Both the position numbers and the translations under genes were made by a program. Below the pieces are notes generated by a model. That model did no database searches. It saw only the letters and a program-made list of their open reading frames with translations, and was not told where the DNA came from. From an uncultured Lentisphaerales bacterium (GTDB lineage: Bacteria; Verrucomicrobiota; Lentisphaeria; JABSQK01; UBA12247), in contig CALSSJ010000015.1 in assembly GCA_943788985.1 (NCBI GenBank), positions 32,001 through 96,000 of the forward strand: a DNA stretch of 64,000 bases, read 5' to 3'. Positions 10,962 to 20,580 of the stretch are shown here, piece after piece (position 1 is the first letter of the stretch; each line of letters starts with the position of its first letter).

Positions 10962-13664
10962 TCACGGCTGCGTTTCAGGCTCTAGGTGGATCTGTCGTAA
11001 TGTAGCTGCTTTTTTGGCGGCCTCGTCAGAAACCGGAAGTTTTAGCCGTACGAGTGAGCTGTAGATTCTCTCTGCCTGTGCGTATTCGGCGTCCGCCATG
11101 TACAGGCGGGCGAGGTCAAATCCAGCTCGAGCCGGGTAGTACCAATCTGATGCGATCTCTCCGCCATAGCCGTGAAACAGGGAGCGGTACTCATTCTTGG
11201 CCTTATCGAAGAGCTGCTGCAACTCGTAAATCCTCGCTGCCCGATAGCGCGCCATTTCCGCCAGAGATTTGCTAACGCCAGCATCAATCAGCTCGTTAAA
11301 GTGGATCAGTGCGGTATTGAGCAGTTCGGGGCGATTCGACTCGGTGGCAATAGAGTAATAGCACTCGGCCATGCGCCCGATGGATGCGAAGTATAGCTCC
11401 GTGTTCGGCACTGCCTGAGCTGCTTCCTCAAACCACTCCGCGGCCTGCTCGAACTCACCATTGAGCGTGGCAATGTCCCCGCGCAGGAAGTTCGCCTGTG
11501 CCCGCACGCGAACTGGCGCACTCGCATAATGCGTAAAAATGAGCAAGATGTAGCCTTGGGCCTTCATGAAATCGCTATTCTTTTCCTGCGCCTGGCGGTA
11601 GGCGTTCTTCGCCGCCTCATACAGCGCTAGCGGCGCGAGGTCCGAATTCTTGTAGCGTTTCCGCACTTCCAAAAACATGCTTTCGGCCTGTGAAAACTCT
11701 GCCCGATTCGCGAAGTGGTCGCCCAGCCACAGGTAGACATCCGGCGCCAGATCCGCGTGTGACTCGGCAAAGCTCTCAATAAACCGGAAGGCATCCGCCT
11801 CGGCCTTCTTGGCGCGGCCGAGCTGAAACTGAAGGTAGGCGCGCATATAGAGTGCATCTGGCAGTTGTTCCGTCTCCGCGTAGCGATCCACCACTGCCGT
11901 CAAATGCTTCATCGCGTCATCGGGCAGGTCAGCGTTCACCGCGGATCGCGCGGCATCCATCAGTGCCTGGGGCGCATTGGGGTCGGCCGGAAACTCTGCT
12001 GCAAACTCCGCAAGGGCTTTCATCGCCGGTGCGAAGTCAGCAGTACGGAAGAGTGCCGCTGCGCGCTGGCGGTAAGCATCTCGTCTTTCCTCAGTCGGGT
12101 CAGGACAATCTGCCAGAAACGCGTCAAAGGCGGAGACTGCCTCTCCGTATTCTCGAGCTGCGTAAATCGCCGCTGCAGCTTTGAATTGGGCCCGGCATTT
12201 CAGCGGGCTCTCGATCTCTGCTACCTGCTGAAAACGTGCCGCTGCTCCGAGAAAATCCTGGTTGAGCAGCAGCATCTCGCCTGCCCGATAGAGCGCATCT
12301 GCGCGCGCCGCGTCGTCCTCGGCCAGACTTGCCGCTTCCTCGTACATGCCCATTGCTTCTGCTGGCTTGTTGGCGCTTTGGTGCAGCATGCTGGCCAGTT
12401 CGAAAGCAGCTTGGTAGCGAAGGTTACCCGCGACCAAGGGGTTCTTAAGAACCACGGCATACTCCGTGCTTGCTTCGTCGTAGTGTTGACCTTCGGCCAG
12501 TAAGCGAGCAAGATCGATACGCAGCCGCGGCGTGTCCTCGGCCTCTGGATACAGGCTGATAAAACGTCGAAAATGCCGCAGCGCGTCCGCGGAATGACCG
12601 GCCACCGAGTTGGTCTCGGCAAGATCCAGAAGCAGGCGCTGTTTCTGCCGGTCTTCGCGTACCAGCGGTAAGCTGCGTTCGAGCACAAGAATTGCCGGCT
12701 CGAACTCTCCGGAGCCACGCAGATCCAGAGCAAGCTTGCGAAGAATCAGGTAGTCCTCCGGCTGTTGCACATAGTCCACGGATTTCTCGAAATGCAGCTG
12801 GTAAGTCTCGAAGGCCCCGACAGGATCGTACAGGCTCAGCTTTAACCGAATCTGCTGCAGAGCGAGGACGCGTCGCTCATCGCCCTCAGCAGTTGCGAGC
12901 TGCTGCGTGATCAGCGCGTCGGCTTCCACGTACTCCTCTGCCACTAGGTGTGCGTCTATGAGTGCGCCTCGGGCGATCGAGAGAAGCTCCGGGTCTTGGA
13001 GCGTCCCCAAGTGCGTAGTTAGCATCTCGGTGGCTTCAGCCCACTGCTGCTCCTCGACCAGGCAGTGGCCTAGCCAGATCGCAGCCTCGCTCTGCAAGGA
13101 TGCATCCTTGGCCGTGCGCATCACCTCGCGCAGCAGGGCCATTGCTGCCGGGATCTGCTCGCGATGCAACAGCACACGCGCCCACCAGTACTGCTGGGTT
13201 GCGCTGTAGACTTTATTTCCCAGCATTTCACGCTGTTGCATGTATACCTCGGTCGCCTGCCTCGGTGACTGCGCCGCGAGGTAGCTGGCGATCAACCTGG
13301 TACCAAAATCTGAGACTACTTCCGGGGCCTGAGCGTACATTGCGTGATCAGCGGCCAGCAGAATTAGATCCCAAGATTCCTGATAGAATTTGTTCGCATC
13401 GGCATGGAAGCCACCAGAATACGCGCGATCCGCAGCTTTGCGTAGCTCCCAGATTCGACTCACCTTCGCCGCGGCCGGTACATCTTCCAGCGTACCGTCT
13501 CCCGCTAGCGGTTCGAGCCCTGCCGGTGTTCCCGAGGCAGCAGCTGTTCCCGCCGCAGCCTGGCCAAAGGCCGGAGTCGTCAGCAGCAGGAGCAGGAAAG
13601 GTGCAAGGCAGGCGCGCCGTCCGAGACGCGTGCGAACTCCGCACGCCGCACGCCTGGAATCCAC
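10962..13664 (-). CDS. Large secreted tetratricopeptide-repeat protein (start uncertain)
   Basis: Many TPR/BamD-like helical repeats and a signal-like LAPFLLLLLTTPAFG. The ORF-track N-terminus overlaps tilS; the nearest GTG upstream of the signal peptide is at 13664. Confidence 0.8.
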   Translation of the reverse strand: MDSRRAACGVRTRLGRRACLAPFLLLLLTTPAFGQAAAGTAAASGTPAGLEPLAGDGTLEDVPAAAKVSRIWELRKAADRAYSGGFHADANKFYQESWDLILLAADHAMYAQAPEVVSDFGTRLIASYLAAQSPRQATEVYMQQREMLGNKVYSATQQYWWARVLLHREQIPAAMALLREVMRTAKDASLQSEAAIWLGHCLVEEQQWAEATEMLTTHLGTLQDPELLSIARGALIDAHLVAEEYVEADALITQQLATAEGDERRVLALQQIRLKLSLYDPVGAFETYQLHFEKSVDYVQQPEDYLILRKLALDLRGSGEFEPAILVLERSLPLVREDRQKQRLLLDLAETNSVAGHSADALRHFRRFISLYPEAEDTPRLRIDLARLLAEGQHYDEASTEYAVVLKNPLVAGNLRYQAAFELASMLHQSANKPAEAMGMYEEAASLAEDDAARADALYRAGEMLLLNQDFLGAAARFQQVAEIESPLKCRAQFKAAAAIYAAREYGEAVSAFDAFLADCPDPTEERRDAYRQRAAALFRTADFAPAMKALAEFAAEFPADPNAPQALMDAARSAVNADLPDDAMKHLTAVVDRYAETEQLPDALYMRAYLQFQLGRAKKAEADAFRFIESFAESHADLAPDVYLWLGDHFANRAEFSQAESMFLEVRKRYKNSDLAPLALYEAAKNAYRQAQEKNSDFMKAQGYILLIFTHYASAPVRVRAQANFLRGDIATLNGEFEQAAEWFEEAAQAVPNTELYFASIGRMAECYYSIATESNRPELLNTALIHFNELIDAGVSKSLAEMARYRAARIYELQQLFDKAKNEYRSLFHGYGGEIASDWYYPARAGFDLARLYMADAEYAQAERIYSSLVRLKLPVSDEAAKKAATLRQIHLEPETQP

Positions 13665-14908
13665 AGAATATGGCCTGCGGTACTTGTGACGATGCACCGC
13701 ACGGCCTTGGGCTTGATGGGCTCCAGAAGTTTCTTGACGCGCACCGGCTCTTGGCCGCCAAACGGAATCATGCGATCTCCGGGCTGCCGCGACCGTACGG
13801 TGAGCGGAGACGGCATCGCTTCGAGAGCGAAATACTCGCCTGGTAGATTCGCGTTCAAGGCACGTCGGGTGGCCGTGAGGACAGTGTCTGCCTCTGGTAT
13901 GTTGATCTGTGACTGTTCGGTCCAATGCCATGTGTAGGAAAACGTGGGTTGCGCGGGCTGGGCGGTCTGCATAACTAACCCGCCGCCGCGGATTCTCAAC
14001 GTGATCCCGAGACCAGTATCAAATTGGAAGCTTGGTTTAACGCCAGATTGGAGGGAATTTCGCAGCTCGCGAATCCGCGTGCCGCGCAGCGGACGAGCCT
14101 CTCCGGCCGCGCGCAGCCAGGCGCGCAGGACTCTAGGCCAAAGCGCATCTGGACAGGCCAGCAGGGCCGGCAAGGCCAGTGCGGTTTGCGTCACGTCGAT
14201 GCGGCTTTCGGCCCAATCACCGAGCGCGTCATCGTCCGCCTGCAGCAAGCTGAGGCTACGCAGCAAGCCAGCCCGGTCCTCGTCCCGAACTAACTCAGCG
14301 AGGATGCGTCGCACGCGGTTGCGCTCAAAACGTTCGTCGCGGTTGGTCGGGTCTATGCAGGCCTCGATCTTGCGCTCCGCCAGATACCGTCCAAGTTCCG
14401 CGCGCGGGATTCCGAGCAACGGTCGTACTAACCGGACGGCCCCAATGCGCACGTCCGCATGCAGGCCGGCGATTCCACCACTGTTGGCACCGCGCAGCAG
14501 CCGCATCATCGCCGTCTCGAAAAGATCATCCTGGTGATGGCCGAGTAGCACGACCAGTTGTGGTTCTCGAGCGGCGCGGTTCTGCCAGTAAGACAGGCGC
14601 AGTCGGCGTCCCGTCATCTCCACGCTTTCTCCCGGCTTGCGCGCCCCAGAGACATCAAGTTGGACGATCTCCAGCGGCACGTTGCGGAGTTGGCAAAACC
14701 TGCGACACCAGCGCTCGTCCGTCTCAGCATCAGCCCGCAGTCCGTGGTTGAAATGCACCGTGGAAACTTCGAGCCCGCCCTCCAGGCAGGCTGCCACCAG
14801 GGCAGTGCTGTCCGGTCCGCCACTCAGGCCCACGACAAAGCGCGCCGTCTCAAATGACGCCCCGGCCAGTGCGCGCAGAATCTGCTCCGGGATGGACTGT
14901 TTATTCAT
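13580..14908 (-). CDS. tilS: tRNA(Ile)-lysidine synthetase
   Basis: SGGPDS PP-loop, HFNHGLR, GHHQDD, DPTN...RNRVR motifs and TilS C-terminal domain. Confidence 0.95.
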   Translation of the reverse strand: MNKQSIPEQILRALAGASFETARFVVGLSGGPDSTALVAACLEGGLEVSTVHFNHGLRADAETDERWCRRFCQLRNVPLEIVQLDVSGARKPGESVEMTGRRLRLSYWQNRAAREPQLVVLLGHHQDDLFETAMMRLLRGANSGGIAGLHADVRIGAVRLVRPLLGIPRAELGRYLAERKIEACIDPTNRDERFERNRVRRILAELVRDEDRAGLLRSLSLLQADDDALGDWAESRIDVTQTALALPALLACPDALWPRVLRAWLRAAGEARPLRGTRIRELRNSLQSGVKPSFQFDTGLGITLRIRGGGLVMQTAQPAQPTFSYTWHWTEQSQINIPEADTVLTATRRALNANLPGEYFALEAMPSPLTVRSRQPGDRMIPFGGQEPVRVKKLLEPIKPKAVRCIVTSTAGHILWIPGVRRAEFARVSDGAPALHLSCSCC

Positions 14909-14975
14909 GCTTTCGGATCCGTCTCATCGTTGAAAGGTGGCGCTTTCTTCGCGATTTGCTATAAAGTTCTCCCTT

Positions 14976-14991
14976 TGGCATGCACCTTGCT
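14976..14991 (+). promoter_or_regulatory. sigma54 (-24/-12) promoter upstream of glutamine synthetase
   Basis: TGGCAT-GCACC-TTGCT matches TGGCAC-N5-TTGC spacing, and the context is a nitrogen-assimilation gene. Confidence 0.7.
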
Positions 14992-15147
14992 TGGCAGGGG
15001 AGCGGACAAGTTGGACCCGAGAAGGCTGCTACAATGTTGTAGTTTTCCCCCGCCGGGGAATACAGAATTGTAACACGTTTTGGTAGCTTTTGCGGAGTTC
15101 GCAGTTGAACGGTGCTATGCACCAGACCAAACACAGGAGTCTCAGAA

Positions 15148-16155
15148 ATGAGCAAATCGAAACTCGAGTACATCTGGCTGGACGGCTATGATCCGACTCA
15201 GAGCTTGCGCAGCAAGACCAAAGTCGTCAGTGACTTTGACGGCGAACTGTCATCCTGCCCCGAATGGTGCTTTGACGGTTCCTCCACCCAACAAGCAGAA
15301 GGCGGCGCGTCTGACTGTCTGCTGAAACCCATCGCCATCTTCCCCGATCCAGGCCGTAAGAACGCCTACTTGGTGATGAATGAAGTTCTGAATGCCGATG
15401 GCACGCCGCACGAGTCCAATGGCCGCGCGACGATCGACGACGATGACGATGACTTCTGGTTCGGTTTCGAGCAGGAGTACACCATCTGGGATCCGACCAC
15501 CAATCTGCCAATCGGTTTCCCCGCCGGCGGTTTTCCCGCTCCACAGGGCCCCTACTACTGCTCCGTCGGCGCAGGCAATGCAGTCGGTCGCGAGATCGTT
15601 GAAGAGCATCTGGACCTTTGCTTGGATGCAGGACTCAACGTCGAGGGCATCAATGCTGAAGTGATGATGGGCCAATGGGAATACCAGATCTTCGCCAAGG
15701 GTGCAGCTCGCGCCGGTGATGAGATTTGGGTTTCCCGCTACTTGCTCGAGCGTGTTGCCGAGCAATACGGCTACAGCATCAACTGGCACTGCAAGCCTGT
15801 TGAAGGTGACTGGAACGGTTCCGGCATGCATGCAAACTTCTCCAACACTGTCCTGCGTACTGCTGGCTGCAAGGAAACCTACGATCGCATCTGTAATGCC
15901 TTCCATGGCACCATTATGGAGCACATCTCCGTCTACGGTGCTGAGAACAACCAGCGTTTGACTGGCCTTCATGAGACTCAGTCCATCGACAAGTTCAGCT
16001 ACGGCGTGTCCGATCGCGGCGCATCCATTCGGATCCCAGTCGCCACAGTGACTTCCGGCTGGAAAGGCTGGCTGGAAGATCGGCGCCCGGCTTCCAACGC
16101 AGACCCGTACAAGGTCGCTTCGGTGATCATCAGCACTGTCTCGAGCGCTTGCTAA
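15148..16155 (+). CDS. glnII: Glutamine synthetase, type II (GlnII-like)
   Basis: LEYIWLDG, FDGSST, FGFEQEY, GQWEYQ, GDWNGSGMH, RLTGLHET and EDRRPASNADPY motifs; about 335 aa; AGGAG RBS. Confidence 0.9.
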   Translation: MSKSKLEYIWLDGYDPTQSLRSKTKVVSDFDGELSSCPEWCFDGSSTQQAEGGASDCLLKPIAIFPDPGRKNAYLVMNEVLNADGTPHESNGRATIDDDDDDFWFGFEQEYTIWDPTTNLPIGFPAGGFPAPQGPYYCSVGAGNAVGREIVEEHLDLCLDAGLNVEGINAEVMMGQWEYQIFAKGAARAGDEIWVSRYLLERVAEQYGYSINWHCKPVEGDWNGSGMHANFSNTVLRTAGCKETYDRICNAFHGTIMEHISVYGAENNQRLTGLHETQSIDKFSYGVSDRGASIRIPVATVTSGWKGWLEDRRPASNADPYKVASVIISTVSSAC

Positions 16156-16184
16156 GCACGCTCAGCTGACAACACGCTGATACC

Positions 16185-16218
16185 AGGCCTCGTGCGGTTC
16201 GCTGCACGGGGCCTTTTT
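16185..16218 (+). terminator. Rho-independent terminator
   Basis: AGGCCTCGTGCGG-TTCG-CTGCACGGGGCCT stem-loop followed by a T run. Confidence 0.85.
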
Positions 16219-16247
16219 CGTTTGTAGGCCAGCCGGCTCCAGAGTCG

Positions 16248-17705
16248 CTAGCTGGTAGCCCAGCTCCGGCTGCGCGAGACTGCTTCTTGCCAGGTGGCGA
16301 ACAGCGCATCTACATCTACATCGCTGGTGGCGGGTTCAAAGACGCGCTCCACGCGGTGTGCCTGGTAGAAGGACTCGCGTGACCAGACGTTCGCCGCGAT
16401 TCCCGCAGCTGCCGCTGCCCCTAGCGCTGTGCTCTCAAGAATCCGCGGGCGTTCCACCGGAATCCCCAACAGGTCCGCCTGGAACTGCATCAAAAAGTCA
16501 TTCGCCGTGGCTCCGCCATCGACCCGCATGCGCGCCGGTCTGGGGCCCATGGCATCGACCAATGCCCGCGTCTGGTAGGCCATCGATTCCAGGACCGCCC
16601 GCACCACATGGTCGGCCTTGCTGCCCTGCGTCATCCCGATTAGAGTCCCGCGGGCATGAGGATCCCACCACGGTGCGCCAAGTCCAACCAATGCTGGGAC
16701 AAAGTAGACGCCGCCATTGTCCGGCACCCGGCGTGCCATCGTTGCGGACTCCGCAACATCGGCCAGAATGCCCAGGCCGTCGCGCAGCCATTGCATGGCC
16801 GCCCCGCCAATAAACGCGGCACCCTCCAAGGCATAGGTAGAGCGATCGTTCATGTGCCAGGCAACCGTGCGCAACAGGTCGCTCTCTTTGGCCAGTTCAT
16901 GGCCCGTGCTGCGCATCATAAACAGTCCAGTGCCATAGGTGTTTTTTACCACATTCGGGTCCCAGCCGCCGTGCGAGAACAGGGCAGCCTGCTGGTCGCC
17001 CAGCACCGCGTGAATCGGCACCACGGCGCCGACCTCCTCCGCACGCGTGTCACCGAAATGTGCATCGCTGGAAAGAATGGTTGGGAGCATAGCCTGCGAG
17101 ATACCAAACAGATGCAGCAGTTCGGCATCCCAGCTGCCGGTATCAAGGCGGTAAAGTAGGGTGCGGCAGGCATTGGACGGATCGGTGGCGAAGTCGCCGG
17201 TCAATCGTTCAACCAGCCAAGTGTCGACTGTGCCGGCCCGAAGACAGCCCGCATCTGCAGCCGACCGCGCGCCTGGCACGTGGTCTAAAATCCAGCGCAG
17301 CTTTGTCGCCGAGAAGTACGGATCAACGACCAGCCCGGTGCGCTCGCGAATCAGGGCTTCGTACCCGGCTTTGCGGAGTTTGCCGCAGTAGTCCGCCGTC
17401 CGTCGACACTGCCAAACGATCGCGTTATGGAGGGGCTCACCGGTATCTGCGTCCCAGACCGCTACGGTCTCTCGCTGGTTCGCGATGCCGATAGCGGCGG
17501 GTGCTTCGGGCAATTTCTCAATGACCTGACGCAGGCCGCTGCGCACGATCCGCAGGATATCCCGCGGGTCCTGCTCTACCCAACCGGGCTGTGGGTGGTA
17601 CTGCGGCACTTCCTCGTAGTGCTGCGCCAGTATGTGGAGCTCCTGATCGAATCCAATCACCCGACACCCGGTTGTGCCTGCGTCGATCGCGATGACCAAA
17701 GCCAT
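16248..17705 (-). CDS. glpK: Glycerol kinase
   Basis: IDAGTT, NQRET, AIVWQCRRT, DPYFSATK, GDQQAAL, KNTYGTG and DGGATAN motifs. Confidence 0.92.
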   Translation of the reverse strand: MALVIAIDAGTTGCRVIGFDQELHILAQHYEEVPQYHPQPGWVEQDPRDILRIVRSGLRQVIEKLPEAPAAIGIANQRETVAVWDADTGEPLHNAIVWQCRRTADYCGKLRKAGYEALIRERTGLVVDPYFSATKLRWILDHVPGARSAADAGCLRAGTVDTWLVERLTGDFATDPSNACRTLLYRLDTGSWDAELLHLFGISQAMLPTILSSDAHFGDTRAEEVGAVVPIHAVLGDQQAALFSHGGWDPNVVKNTYGTGLFMMRSTGHELAKESDLLRTVAWHMNDRSTYALEGAAFIGGAAMQWLRDGLGILADVAESATMARRVPDNGGVYFVPALVGLGAPWWDPHARGTLIGMTQGSKADHVVRAVLESMAYQTRALVDAMGPRPARMRVDGGATANDFLMQFQADLLGIPVERPRILESTALGAAAAAGIAANVWSRESFYQAHRVERVFEPATSDVDVDALFATWQEAVSRSRSWATS

Positions 17706-17714
17706 GATGAACCC

Positions 17715-18104
17715 CTACTGCCTCTTGCTCGGCTTGAGTTTCAGCCAGCCTTCATCTTTACCGTTGGAGAAGGTGGCAGCTAGGCTGCCGTCTTCCAGCA
17801 GCTTCCCCTGCATCGAGTACTTGCGCTTGCTGACCCAGGCCGTGCCTGAGAGCAGAATCTCGGTGTCAATTTTCTCTGCCTTCATCTTAATGTTGTAGGC
17901 ATTTCTCTGGGAGATGAAACTTCCCTGATACAGCTCGTCGTTGACTTTAGTGATGTCGCCTCTGATTTTGCCAGGGTCCCTCCCCGAGCGCTTTCCAGTC
18001 ACCCACTTCCAATTCCCGTCGTACTTGACCTTGGTGGATTCTTCGGCTTGCGCGCAGAGGCCGATCAGGCCAAGGCATACGAGGATAGGGAGAAGCTTGT
18101 GCAT
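17715..18104 (-). CDS. Hypothetical secreted protein
   Basis: Signal peptide, beta-rich 129-aa ORF, GGAG RBS. Confidence 0.65.
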   Translation of the reverse strand: MHKLLPILVCLGLIGLCAQAEESTKVKYDGNWKWVTGKRSGRDPGKIRGDITKVNDELYQGSFISQRNAYNIKMKAEKIDTEILLSGTAWVSKRKYSMQGKLLEDGSLAATFSNGKDEGWLKLKPSKRQ

Positions 18105-18198
18105 AGGTGGACTCCGGGGATGCTGACTCGGTCAGCGTGAACAGCCTGTGGGTGCTTGGCTGTTAAAGAAACCCCGGAACGCTGCGACGCAAGCTATT

Positions 18199-18606
18199 TC
18201 AGTCCAAAGGAATGAGGAATGGCGATGCCCGGCGGTCTGATTCCAGTGGCCGCGCAGTCGCTGTCAGGTCCAGACCTACGGCTACGAGTTCATCCTCGGT
18301 GCGGGCGATGCCGTAGCCTTCAAGTGCCACGATCAGCCAGTGTGGCTCGAGCACGTCCGTGAGAAACGGAATCGGATCCTCGTGCTCTTCGGTCTCCCCC
18401 ATCAGACTGGCCGGACGTTCGTCGACACAGTCCAGTTTATCGGTATCGTACTTGAAAGTGAACTGCAGATGATGGCACGCTCGCGAGATACTCAAATTTT
18501 CAGAAAACAGTAGTTGACCGCAGGCTGGACAGTGAAAAACAGGGAATCCGCGGGAATCTTTCGGGCAAGCAAGAATAATTTGTGTGGCTAGCATGTTGCG
18601 CTCCAA
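18199..18606 (-). CDS. Hypothetical protein with CxxC...CxH motif
   Basis: HCPACG...ACHHL in an acidic 135-aa ORF. Confidence 0.55.
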   Translation of the reverse strand: MERNMLATQIILACPKDSRGFPVFHCPACGQLLFSENLSISRACHHLQFTFKYDTDKLDCVDERPASLMGETEEHEDPIPFLTDVLEPHWLIVALEGYGIARTEDELVAVGLDLTATARPLESDRRASPFLIPLD

Positions 18607-19263
18607 ACAGGTGTTAACACCTTATAAACGCCGGATACTCGTGATTCTTATGCGGCTTTTGGGTATTTCATGAAAATATCTGACTTCCTCCGCTATCAGA
18701 CGCGTGGAGTAGGCAGTACTGAATTCTTACACGATCGTGGAATAAATGGCAGCTGGCTCATAAGGTGCGTAACAAGTCACGGTGGCGGATCCTTGCCCCT
18801 GGTCATCAGTGTCACGGTGACGCTCAGCTTTCTCCTCGTAGTCTTACAGCTTTTTCGCGACGAGCCGCCGATTGAGGATTCTGCGGTGATCGTCCCCTAC
18901 GTGCCGATTCCAGACAAAGAGAGCGGCTTCTTGGTACTGCAGCAGGCCGCGAGCCTGATCTCAGAAGAGGACAGCAGGGTGCTCTATCAGTTCTGGCAGC
19001 GGTGATTGATGGCAGTCGAGGCGATAGCCATCGTGTGCCTCGTTCTGTTCCCCTTTCAGGCCGTAGTGAATGCGGTGGAACCACCGGTATTTGGTCATCG
19101 TTCCCCGCGTCTCGGAGGAGGGGCAGAAACCACGCGCTCCGGCTGGCTTGCCAGGGCTCACAGTCCCACCGCTGGCCAGCTACTGGGCAGGTTCCAACCG
19201 GAATCTGGAAAGAAACTTTCCACTTTCCCTAGCGTCTTCCGGGAGTACCGGCGATATTGCAAT

Positions 19264-19279
19264 TGGCACGACTCTTGCT
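19264..19279 (+). promoter_or_regulatory. sigma54 (-24/-12) promoter of the metal-efflux operon
   Basis: Perfect TGGCAC-GACTC-TTGCT about 45 bp upstream of the GAGGAG...ATG at 19324. Confidence 0.8.
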
Positions 19280-19323
19280 CGCACGACTCACGCCCCGACC
19301 CCACCCTACACGAGGAGCTCACC

Positions 19324-20580
19324 ATGCTCCGCAGACTCTATCTTCTGGCGCTACTGATTGCGGAGTTCGCAACGGCAGCGCCTGTGACCTTACCAGAGTT
19401 GCTCAGTGAGGCCTTCGAGCGGAACCCGGATGTACGCGCCGCGCAACTCGCCTGGCGTGCCAGCATCGATGCCATCCCAGAAGCCACGTCGTTGCCAGAT
19501 CCGATGATTCGCTTCGACTACTTCGGCGAAAATGTCGAGACCCGGGTGGGACCGCAGAAAAGCCGCGTGGGCGTCAGTCAGGGCTTTCCGTTTCCGGGCA
19601 CGCTGCGACAGGCAGGCGAAGTGGCAAGCCGGGAGTCGCGGCTTCAGCAGCTAGGCTACGAGATTGCCGTGCGTGATCTGATCGTGGACCTCAAAGTCAG
19701 CTATTTCGAGCTTTGGTACCTGCGCGGGGCCGCGACAATCACGCAGCAGAACCAAGACCTGCTGCAGCATAGCTTGCAGCTCGCCACCGCCCGCTACGCG
19801 ACGGACAAGGCGAAGCTGCTAGATGTGCTGAAAGCGCAGAGCCAGCTGGCCCAGCTAAGCTATGATCTCATTGTCGTGCGTGAATTACAGGAGATCGAGC
19901 AGACCAAGATCAACGCACTGCAGGATTACCCCTCGGATCGGGAGGTGGGAGATCTTGTCTTCCCGGAATTGCATAGTCCGCAATTCGACGCGGCGGCCGT
20001 AGAAAAGGCGGCCCTCGCAGGCCGTCAGGAGATTCTCATGGCCCAGGCCAAGGTTGGCAAACTCGAGGCGGCGGTGGATCTCGCTTCCCTGAAGAATCGC
20101 CCGACATTCGGCGTCAACGCGATGTATATCGACACCGGCGAGGCGAGTTTCGGTAACTTCCCGGACAGCGGCAAGGATCCGTGGCTGGTCGGGGTGACGA
20201 TGAGTTTGCCGATCTGGCACGATCGCAATGAGCGGCGCGTGGCCAAGGCGGAACTCGTTGCGGAGTCCGCAACACTGAGGCAGAACGGCCTGGAGAACAA
20301 GACGCGGGTTGCGGTGAAGTCGGCCTTGTTTCGCCTCGAGAATGCGCGGCGCCTGACGCAGCTCTACCAAGGCACCCTCATCCCCCAGGCTAAAGCGGCG
20401 ATGGAGGTTGCAGAGCAGTGGCACGATGGTGACACCCCGGACTTGAGCGGCTTTCTCGAGACGCAGTCCGTGTGGCTTAACTTCAATCTGGCCTATCTCC
20501 GGGCCCTCGCCGACTATCACCAGTATCTCGCCCGTCTGGAGGGCCTGGTGGGTGGCAAACTTCCGGAGGCGTCGCCATGA
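19324..20580 (+). CDS. TolC-family outer-membrane efflux protein
   Basis: Signal peptide from MLRRLYLLALL, then RNP...LPDP and PFPG motifs. The real start is 19324 (RBS present), not 19006. Confidence 0.85.
   Translation: MLRRLYLLALLIAEFATAAPVTLPELLSEAFERNPDVRAAQLAWRASIDAIPEATSLPDPMIRFDYFGENVETRVGPQKSRVGVSQGFPFPGTLRQAGEVASRESRLQQLGYEIAVRDLIVDLKVSYFELWYLRGAATITQQNQDLLQHSLQLATARYATDKAKLLDVLKAQSQLAQLSYDLIVVRELQEIEQTKINALQDYPSDREVGDLVFPELHSPQFDAAAVEKAALAGRQEILMAQAKVGKLEAAVDLASLKNRPTFGVNAMYIDTGEASFGNFPDSGKDPWLVGVTMSLPIWHDRNERRVAKAELVAESATLRQNGLENKTRVAVKSALFRLENARRLTQLYQGTLIPQAKAAMEVAEQWHDGDTPDLSGFLETQSVWLNFNLAYLRALADYHQYLARLEGLVGGKLPEASP

Noticed and set aside
18670..19005. 111-aa ORF with one TM segment
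   Set aside because: It looks like a truncated gene piece and no family could be recognised.
19006..19323. Long N-terminal extensions in the ORF track (TolC here; also AraC from 35144, oxidoreductase to 45356, GH43 to 43594, isomerase to 56542)
   Set aside because: They overlap promoters, repeats or opposite-strand genes. Better starts with an RBS or signal peptide lie downstream.
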